The notes beneath the pieces were generated by a model. That model searched no databases. It saw only the letters and a program-made list of their open reading frames with translations, and was not told the origin of the DNA. Shown here piece by piece: positions 25,899 to 32,000 of a stretch of DNA of 32,000 nucleotides. The DNA is from Aciduliprofundum boonei T469 (GTDB lineage Archaea; Thermoplasmatota; Thermoplasmata; Thermoplasmatales; Aciduliprofundaceae): positions 630,001 to 662,000 of the forward strand of contig NC_013926.1 in assembly GCF_000025665.1 (NCBI RefSeq). Reading direction: 5' to 3'. Position 1 is the stretch's first letter; each line of letters starts with the position of its first letter. Made by a program: the position numbers and the translations under genes.

Positions 25899-25909
25899 TG
25901 GTGGTTTAA

Positions 25910-26383
25910 ATGTTTCGAAAAATCCTGTTCCCTACGGACTTTAGTGAAGGTTCAATGCGCGCAATTCAAAAATTCAGTAAGAATAACCAAAGCGAGGTTG
26001 GAGAGTGCATTATTCTACATGTTGTTGATGAAGGACGCCTTGAAGAATTGCTCAATGGCTATGCTTATCTCTACAAAGGAGAAAATAAAGAACTCAGGGA
26101 TATTGAGGAGAAGTTAAAGGCTAAGGCTAGAGAAAAACTCTCAGAGAGTGCAGATAAATGCAGAAAAATGATGAATGCTAACAAGCTAAGGATAATGGTG
26201 AGATTTGGTATACCATATGAGGAAATAGTAAAAGTTGCAGAGGAGGAAAATGTCTCACTCATACTATTGCCTTCTCATGGAAGGCTGGGATTCTCCCATG
26301 AAATATTCGGTTCAACCACTATGAGAGTTCTCAAAAAGACCAAGAAGCCCGTGTTAATAATAAAAACTCATGAGGAGGAATGA
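25910..26383 (+). CDS. Universal stress protein (UspA family)
   Basis: Has the N-terminus MFRKILFPTDFSEGS and a C-terminal ATP-binding-type region LLPSHGRLGFSHEIFGSTT. SD GGTGG lies upstream. Confidence 0.85.
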   Translation: MFRKILFPTDFSEGSMRAIQKFSKNNQSEVGECIILHVVDEGRLEELLNGYAYLYKGENKELRDIEEKLKAKAREKLSESADKCRKMMNANKLRIMVRFGIPYEEIVKVAEEENVSLILLPSHGRLGFSHEIFGSTTMRVLKKTKKPVLIIKTHEEE

Positions 26384-27402
26384 GCATGGATTATTTGCGC
26401 TTGAAGAATCACCTTGATAAGTTCTTACCTGTATATGTCACAGTATCTATGCTCCTTGGTTTTCTGGTGGGTCTCCATATAAATGTCGAAAAGTACAAGG
26501 GAACTTTTCATTGGATAAATTTGGCAGTGGTGATTTCCATGATATATCCAATGATGATCAATCTTCGTCTTGGAGAACTGAAGAATTCGATGAAGCAGGG
26601 AAAACAGCTTGCCATAGGACTTACTATGGGCCTTGTGGTAGCTCCAATTTTAATGTGGTTTCTAATATGGCTTATCGGTTTATTTTATCCTCTAAGTCCC
26701 CAGCTTGCTTTGGGTTTGATGCTAGCGATGGTCGTACCTTGCTCATCTATGAGTATTGCCTATACAGGTTTCTCTCGTGGAAATTTAGAATTAGCAACTA
26801 TAATTGTAGCCTTCAGCTTCATCCTTGCAATTATAACAGTGCCTGGCTGGCTCGCAATATATGCGGCATCTTCTAATGTCTCCGTGCCAACAATGCTCCT
26901 CGTAATAACTATAATCGAAGTGGTATTTGTTCCAATGTTCTTTGGAATTATAACGAGAGAAGCGTTGATAAGAAAGAAGGGCACAGAGGGATTTCTCAAA
27001 ATCAAACCACTGTTTCCAGCGATTTCCTTGATTGGAATGTACACCATAGTGTTCCTAATATTCATGGAGAAGGCGAAGCTGATTGCCAAGAAACCAGAGA
27101 TGGTGCTAATTGCCCTCGTTCCTTTGATTTTGTACTATCTCATATCTCTTGGATTGCTCACTTATCTAAATAGGATATTGGGGATAAGGTACAGGGATCA
27201 TATGGCTATAACCTTTCCCTCGGTAGGAAAAAATGAAGGCACAGCGATGGCAATAGCGATGAGTGCGGGGATGGGTCTTATGGCGATTCCTCCGGCAGTG
27301 ACTCCTTTGATACAGATACCCTTCCTTGTTGGTTATGTCAAGGCATGGAGCAAGATTGCAAAAATGTGGCACTGCAAGCCAGAGGAAGAGATAAAAGAAT
27401 GA
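26380..27402 (+). CDS. SBF-fold transporter (bile acid:Na+ symporter / ACR3 arsenite-efflux superfamily)
   Basis: 340 aa and about 10 TM. The segment AMVVPCSSMSIAYTGFSRGNLELA resembles the BASS/ACR3 core-helix region. It has an ATGA overlap with usp and a strong SD GAGGAGG. Confidence 0.65.
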   Translation: MSMDYLRLKNHLDKFLPVYVTVSMLLGFLVGLHINVEKYKGTFHWINLAVVISMIYPMMINLRLGELKNSMKQGKQLAIGLTMGLVVAPILMWFLIWLIGLFYPLSPQLALGLMLAMVVPCSSMSIAYTGFSRGNLELATIIVAFSFILAIITVPGWLAIYAASSNVSVPTMLLVITIIEVVFVPMFFGIITREALIRKKGTEGFLKIKPLFPAISLIGMYTIVFLIFMEKAKLIAKKPEMVLIALVPLILYYLISLGLLTYLNRILGIRYRDHMAITFPSVGKNEGTAMAIAMSAGMGLMAIPPAVTPLIQIPFLVGYVKAWSKIAKMWHCKPEEEIKE

Positions 27403-27403
27403 T

Positions 27404-27847
27404 TTACCCTTTCAATATCTTTATTTCTTCAATCTCTTCTTTTTTCAAGATTTCAATGATTTTATCTCCAGCCTCTTTGACCTCGGGACTCAATTCCTCT
27501 CCAAATTCCAGATTCTTTGGCTCTATACCAATTAGAATTATTTTTTGAGCACTCTCGCCTATATAGTTTATGAAAAAAGAGAGAGGCATACCATGGGTGC
27601 TAAATGCCACATTCGGAATCAAATCGGTAGGGACTACTCTGAACTCTCCGGGCTGAAGTCCCATCAACGCAGCGTCCACGAGTATTAATAGATCTGGCTT
27701 TATTCTTTTTATTTCCCCTGTAAAATCTTCGGGCACCTGTCCCGCTATGATTACTTTCCACCCCTCTTTTTTAAAGTTTTTGGCTATATAAATCCCTATG
27801 GCATCATCTCCCCGTAAGTCATTGCCTATGCCCATTAGAACTTTCAT
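27404..27847 (-). CDS. hycI: [NiFe] hydrogenase maturation endopeptidase (HycI type)
   Basis: The motifs VLMGIGNDLRGDDAIG, LVDAALMGLQPGEFRVV, STHGMPLSFFINY and LIGIEPKNLEF align motif-by-motif with my recollection of E. coli HycI. The start is set at MKVLMG, 1 nt after the upstream stop; the track start is 27886. Confidence 0.88.
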   Translation of the reverse strand: MKVLMGIGNDLRGDDAIGIYIAKNFKKEGWKVIIAGQVPEDFTGEIKRIKPDLLILVDAALMGLQPGEFRVVPTDLIPNVAFSTHGMPLSFFINYIGESAQKIILIGIEPKNLEFGEELSPEVKEAGDKIIEILKKEEIEEIKILKG

Positions 27848-27848
27848 A

Positions 27849-29078
27849 TTACATCCTTGGTACGGTAACTTTTCCTTCAACGGCACTTGCTGCTGCTATC
27901 ACAGGCGATACTAGATACAATTTCCCTGGACCCTGCTTGCCGGGATAGTTGCGATTTGTAGTGCTTAGATAAACTTCGTCACCTATAAGCCCGGGCATTC
28001 CCTCTGCACAGCCACCGCATCCTGGATTTGTAAGTACTGCTCCTGCCTCTGCAAATATCTCCCATATACCTTCTTTCATCAACCTAAGCCATATTTCTCT
28101 TGTTGTAGGGGTTATTGTCAAGGGCACTTTCAACTTCTTTCCCTTTAAGATTTTTGCAGCGGCAACTAAGTCCTCGTATCTCCCATTTGTGCAAGAGCCT
28201 ATGAATGCACCATCTATTTCCATACCTTCATATTCGCTAACAGGATGTACATTGCAGGGATTTGGAGGTGAGGCCATTAGTGGCTCCAAATTGTTGACAT
28301 CGATATGAATTTCTTCCACATACTCTGCTTCTTTATCTGCTTTTATTACCTTGAAATTCATACCTTTGCTCTCATAGAAACTCTTTAATTTCTCATCCAT
28401 AGGTGTGAATCCTATTATTCCACCCATCTCTGTTGTTTGTGATGCAAGGGTAATGCGTCCGTCAATGCTTAGAGAGGATATTGCATCTCCGTAGTATTCA
28501 ATAGCTCTTCCCAAGGCCCCCGCAGGTCCGAGTTCTCTCATAACGGCAAATGTCAGATCCCTCGCCACCGTTGGAAAATTGTATTTTCCTTCCACGATAA
28601 CTTTCATTGTCTCTGGCACTTCGAACCATGTCTTTCCAGTTTTAAATGCAAATGCGATATCCTTATCTCCCATACCCTGTCCAAAAACTCCCATGGCACC
28701 TAAGATATTGTAGTGAGAATCAGTGCCGACAGCGGTCATTCCGGGCTTTACAACGCCCCTGTCAATGAGCACATGCGTTCCTATGCCCTGATTTATATCA
28801 AAAACTTTTATTCCTACTTCCTTCGCAAATTTTCTGCATATATTTTGAGCCAGAGCATATTTCAGAGTTTTAGCGGGGACGCTCAAATCAAATGTGAAGA
28901 ATGTACTTTCGGGCTTTGCCACATAATTACCAGAGAAGTTCTCTTTTAGATGCTTTACAACATTTGGTCCCCCAAATTCTCTAGCGGTTATTATATCCAG
29001 ATCAATCCATACAATTTTGCCAGGCTCAACTTTTTCCTCGCTATGCTCTTGGAGGATTTTCTCAACTATAGTGGGCAT
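27849..29078 (-). CDS. Aconitase-family large-subunit-like Fe-S protein (divergent LeuC/HacA paralog)
   Basis: 409 aa, with LeuC/HacA-like order of motifs. The cluster Cys residues are kept (GSCTNGR, NPGCGGC), as are GTDSH and STTNRN. Several canonical catalytic positions differ (see findings). Confidence 0.7.
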   Translation of the reverse strand: MPTIVEKILQEHSEEKVEPGKIVWIDLDIITAREFGGPNVVKHLKENFSGNYVAKPESTFFTFDLSVPAKTLKYALAQNICRKFAKEVGIKVFDINQGIGTHVLIDRGVVKPGMTAVGTDSHYNILGAMGVFGQGMGDKDIAFAFKTGKTWFEVPETMKVIVEGKYNFPTVARDLTFAVMRELGPAGALGRAIEYYGDAISSLSIDGRITLASQTTEMGGIIGFTPMDEKLKSFYESKGMNFKVIKADKEAEYVEEIHIDVNNLEPLMASPPNPCNVHPVSEYEGMEIDGAFIGSCTNGRYEDLVAAAKILKGKKLKVPLTITPTTREIWLRLMKEGIWEIFAEAGAVLTNPGCGGCAEGMPGLIGDEVYLSTTNRNYPGKQGPGKLYLVSPVIAAASAVEGKVTVPRM

Positions 29079-29153
29079 ATTGGAAAATGGAAATGTGCTA
29101 ATTAATACTTTTGCCGCATCAAAGATTTTTAAAATTCAAATACATGTCCCCTT

Positions 29154-29540
29154 ATGGAAATTCCAGAAAATGTAGAATATGAATACGAGGTTGAGGTTAA
29201 GGAAGAGCTCACTGCTAAGCAGATTGGCCTAAATGTACTCGTTTTTTCCACCCCTTGCTTGGTGCAGGCTATGGAGATAGCCGCTCTAAGATGCGTGGAG
29301 CCATACCTGCCAAATACCCACACCACCGTGGGCACAGGAATTTGTATAAAGCATCTGAAAGCCACACCCTTGGGAGATAAGGTGAAGGTTAAAGCAAGGT
29401 TGATAAAGGCAGATGTACCAAAGCTAGAATTTGAAGTTGAGGCGTGGGATTATAAAGGAAAGGTGGGCGAGGGAAAGCATTATAGGTACATAGTTGAAAA
29501 GAAAAGGTTTGAAGATAAAATAAGGGAGATGATGAAATGA
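29154..29540 (+). CDS. Hotdog-fold thioesterase-like protein (FlK/COG5496-like)
   Basis: 128 aa. The pattern VFSTPCLVQAMEIAALRCVEPYLP...TTVGTGICIKHLKATPLGDKVKVKARL...FEVEAWD..GKVGEGKHYRYIV is typical of small predicted thioesterases. Confidence 0.6.
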   Translation: MEIPENVEYEYEVEVKEELTAKQIGLNVLVFSTPCLVQAMEIAALRCVEPYLPNTHTTVGTGICIKHLKATPLGDKVKVKARLIKADVPKLEFEVEAWDYKGKVGEGKHYRYIVEKKRFEDKIREMMK

Positions 29541-30304
29541 AGGTACTTTTGGCTCAAATGAGGGCCAGTTTTGATGTACAAAATAATTTGAAAAGATTGC
29601 TCAACATTGTTAAAAGAAACGATGCGGATATGTATGTTTTCCCAGAATTGTATCTAACAGGTTATTTAATTCGTGATAAAATTTTTGAAAGAGCGATGGA
29701 TGGAGAGGATGAGATTTTTGGGGATATTGTAAATGTTGCCAAGGATAAAGTTCTAATCTTCGGTTTTCCCGAGAGGGCCGAGCATATTTACAATTCTGCA
29801 GCCGTAATTGTGGATGGAGAGATAAAAATTGCAAGGAAATTGTACTTGCCGAATTTCGGGCCCTTTGAAGAGAAGTTGTACTTTAAAGAGGGTGAGAAAC
29901 CTTTTGTTGTAGATACACAGTTTGGAAAAATAGGTGTGCAAATTTGTTACGATGCTTTCTTTCCCGAAGTAGCCAAAACGCAGGCGTTGAACGGTGCGGA
30001 TATTATCGTTAACATCTCCGCAAGTCCCATTACTTCCAGAGCCATGTTTGAAAAGATTATACCAGCGAGGGCCATAGAGAACACTGTATTTTTTGTTTAT
30101 GTGAATTGGGCTGGATTGCAGCGCACCATGGAGTTCTGGGGCGGCTCTATGTTCTATTCTCCAAGGGGAAAGCTTCTATACAAAGCGCCTTATTTTGAGG
30201 AAGATATTCACACGGTTGAAATAAACTTGGATGATATTGCCCTCGCTAGAAGAGTAAGACCCACATTGAGAGATACGAGAAAAGAATTATTCTCCTTCGT
30301 TTAA
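29537..30304 (+). CDS. Carbon-nitrogen hydrolase (nitrilase superfamily)
   Basis: The Glu-Lys-Cys triad contexts are FPELYLTGY, RKLYLPNFG and GVQICYDAFFPE. It has an ATGA overlap with the thioesterase gene. Confidence 0.85.
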   Translation: MKVLLAQMRASFDVQNNLKRLLNIVKRNDADMYVFPELYLTGYLIRDKIFERAMDGEDEIFGDIVNVAKDKVLIFGFPERAEHIYNSAAVIVDGEIKIARKLYLPNFGPFEEKLYFKEGEKPFVVDTQFGKIGVQICYDAFFPEVAKTQALNGADIIVNISASPITSRAMFEKIIPARAIENTVFFVYVNWAGLQRTMEFWGGSMFYSPRGKLLYKAPYFEEDIHTVEINLDDIALARRVRPTLRDTRKELFSFV

Positions 30305-31495
30305 AACCTTTGAGGCCTTTGAGAATATAAGGGCTATGGAGAGAAATATGAGCACTGAAGATGAGAAAAGTATTATGGGGATTATTCCAAAGTAGTTTAT
30401 TAGGAGACCTATGACAACAATCGAAATTAGAGTTGCTCCTTGGATTATCGCTCCTTGAGCGCTAAATACTCTTCCTCTAAATTCCTCCTTTATGGCTTTT
30501 TGGAATATGGCAGTAGCCGGGGCGTTTAGATAACCTACAAAGTAGCCAATCATGAACCCTCCAAATATTAGTGCAACCCAGGGAGTTGGTAAGATACCCA
30601 GTATTAGAATCATAATTCCTATTCCCAATATCCCAGTCAGTACCATCTTTCCTGGGGAGAATCTTCCTGCGAGGAATCCTGTTGAAATTGAGCCTACAAC
30701 TGTACCGATACCGAATAGAACTTCTAGGGCTCCATAACCTCCGACTCCCATATGCACAACATCCCTTATGTATATGGAGAACGCCACATTTAAACCACCG
30801 ACAAAGAGCATAACTATGGAAAATATGAGAATCAGCAATCTAACAGTTGGATTGTTCCATATGTATTTTAATCCATCAATTAGCTCTTCCAGCGGTTTTT
30901 TCATCTCCTTCCTTGCTTTATGCTCATAAATCATAAGAGATATCATAATTGCTGAGAATACATAGGAAGATGAGTCAAATATGAATATCCATGTGTACCC
31001 AAGAATGTAAATCATTGGAGTTGCGATAACTGGGCCTAAAATAACTGAGAGCATATAGGTCATCTGTGAGAATGAATTTGCCTCTACCAAGTTTTCCTCT
31101 TTCATGATCTCTGGGATTATAGATGCTCTTGCTGGGTAGAAAAATCTTGAGACCGTTGCAAGGAGAAACACAACAATTGCTAATTGAATCACGGATGTGC
31201 AGAATATGAAGAATAAAGCTAAAAATGCCCGAATCAAATCCGCAGCTATCATGGTAAGCTGCTTGTTCCATCTATCAACAAATACTCCCACGAAGGGGCC
31301 AAATAGTAGTACGGGGAGCGAGGAAGAAGCCATGACAATGCTAAGGTCCAAAGCAGTACCTTTCCAAGAGAATACAACCAAAACTCCTAATCCGAAAAAT
31401 GCAACTTCATCACCTATATTTGATACAATTTGACCAATCCACAATTTTAGAAAATTTCGATTCTTCAGTACTATGCCCATTCCTTTAAGGCTCAC
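30287..31495 (-). CDS. MFS transporter
   Basis: 402 aa, about 12 TM, with an N-terminus NRNFLKLWIGQIVSNIGDE typical of MFS_3/efflux-type members. The track start is a GTG; an ATG alternative is at 31480. Confidence 0.8.
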   Translation of the reverse strand: MSLKGMGIVLKNRNFLKLWIGQIVSNIGDEVAFFGLGVLVVFSWKGTALDLSIVMASSSLPVLLFGPFVGVFVDRWNKQLTMIAADLIRAFLALFFIFCTSVIQLAIVVFLLATVSRFFYPARASIIPEIMKEENLVEANSFSQMTYMLSVILGPVIATPMIYILGYTWIFIFDSSSYVFSAIMISLMIYEHKARKEMKKPLEELIDGLKYIWNNPTVRLLILIFSIVMLFVGGLNVAFSIYIRDVVHMGVGGYGALEVLFGIGTVVGSISTGFLAGRFSPGKMVLTGILGIGIMILILGILPTPWVALIFGGFMIGYFVGYLNAPATAIFQKAIKEEFRGRVFSAQGAIIQGATLISIVVIGLLINYFGIIPIILFSSSVLIFLSIALIFSKASKVLNEGE

Positions 31496-31545
31496 AGGCG
31501 GATATGATTGTTTTCTTATTTTAATATTAAGGAAAGTTTTATGGT

Positions 31546-32000
31546 ATGAGTAGCGATTCCCTGCATATGAACGATATGCAAGATATGCTCCGCGCTATGA
31601 AACTTGATTCTTGGGAAGAACTTTTTAAGGATATTCCCAAGGAAGCAAGGAAGGATGGAATAAACATACCGAGCATGGATGAGTATGAGCTTTTCCGCTA
31701 CGCTAAAAAATTGGCAGATAAGAACAAGGATTTTTTCCAGATGCCAAATTTCCTAGGTGCTGGCGTGTATTTCCATTTCATACCCCCAGCCGTTTTATCT
31801 CTAGCTTCAAGATCTGAGTTTTACACCTCCTATACCCCTTATCAGGCTGAAATCTCGCAAGGAATGCTTCAAGTCCTATTTGAGTATCAGAGCTTGATAG
31901 CAGAGCTCACAGGCATGGATGTGGCCAACTCCTCCATGTACGATGCCTCCACCTCCCTTGGTGAGGCTGCAAGAATGGCAAACAGAATAAACAGGAGAAG
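31546..32000 (+). CDS. gcvPA: Glycine dehydrogenase (decarboxylating) subunit 1, 5' partial (runs off the window)
   Basis: My own translation from ATG 31546 gives ...FLGAGVYFHFIPPAV...SEFYTSYTPYQAEISQGMLQVLFEYQSLIAELTGMDVANSSMYDASTSLGEAARMA, the hallmark GcvPA N-terminal region. There is no stop before the window end. Confidence 0.85.
   Translation, partial: MSSDSLHMNDMQDMLRAMKLDSWEELFKDIPKEARKDGINIPSMDEYELFRYAKKLADKNKDFFQMPNFLGAGVYFHFIPPAVLSLASRSEFYTSYTPYQAEISQGMLQVLFEYQSLIAELTGMDVANSSMYDASTSLGEAARMANRINRR

Noticed and set aside
25845-26117. A 90-aa ORF overlapping the usp 5' region in another frame.
   Set aside because: It overlaps a well-supported UspA gene, has no SD and shows no recognisable motif.
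27404-27886. The possibility that the gene after the aconitase-like ORF is the missing LeuD/HacB small subunit.
   Set aside because: The sequence matches HycI-type endopeptidase motifs (GIGNxxxGDDxxG, VDA..MG..PGE, THxMPL) and has no LeuD GSSRE-type swivel motif.
1-32000. A search for tRNA/rRNA genes, CRISPR arrays, IS elements or transposases, integrases, toxin-antitoxin pairs and known defence-system genes.
   Set aside because: All intergenic spacers are at most about 160 bp and AT-rich, with no GC-rich structured RNA candidates and no direct-repeat/spacer periodicity. Every sizeable ORF has a metabolic, regulatory or transport assignment. Small C/D-box or other sRNAs cannot be excluded by eye.

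Overview
This is a compact (~90% coding), AT-rich archaeal window whose gene content resembles a thermophilic, peptide-fermenting euryarchaeon of Thermococcales/DHVE2 type; that taxonomic placement is inference from gene content only. The core is a full H2-evolving respiratory module. It comprises a 14-gene membrane-bound [NiFe] hydrogenase operon co-linear with Pyrococcus/Thermococcus mbhA-N (3722-11780, +). A convergent maturation operon, hypC-D-F-E-A plus a cysteine-free Mrp/MinD-type ATPase (17532-11760, -), faces it. An unlinked hycI-type endopeptidase lies at 27404-27847. Flanking genes are a geranylgeranyl reductase, an NFACT/RqcH-like protein, and an Lrp/AsnC regulator directly upstream of mbh. 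Next come a CVC-type ArsR, a ferredoxin, an OYE/FAD oxidoreductase and a NifX-like protein, the last three in a modestly GC-/CpG-richer patch. Further along are a beta-helix surface protein, a wHTH - radical SAM/SPASM - B12-radical SAM operon, and a usp plus SBF/ACR3-family transporter pair. The window ends with a divergent aconitase-family large subunit, a hotdog thioesterase plus CN-hydrolase, an MFS transporter and the 5' end of gcvPA. I found no rRNA, tRNA, CRISPR array, IS element or obvious defence system. The observations most worth follow-up are four. (1) A TACGA-W3-TCGTA-type palindrome with phased ACGAW boxes occurs in the lrp, mbh and hyp promoters. (2) A second conserved box, CAAAAA-W3-TTGAAATA, precedes three operons around the ArsR gene. 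(3) A translationally tight tandem radical-SAM operon has no visible substrate. (4) An aconitase-like protein with substituted catalytic residues and no small subunit lies directly upstream of hycI. All functional calls come from reading motifs by eye; no database search was possible.
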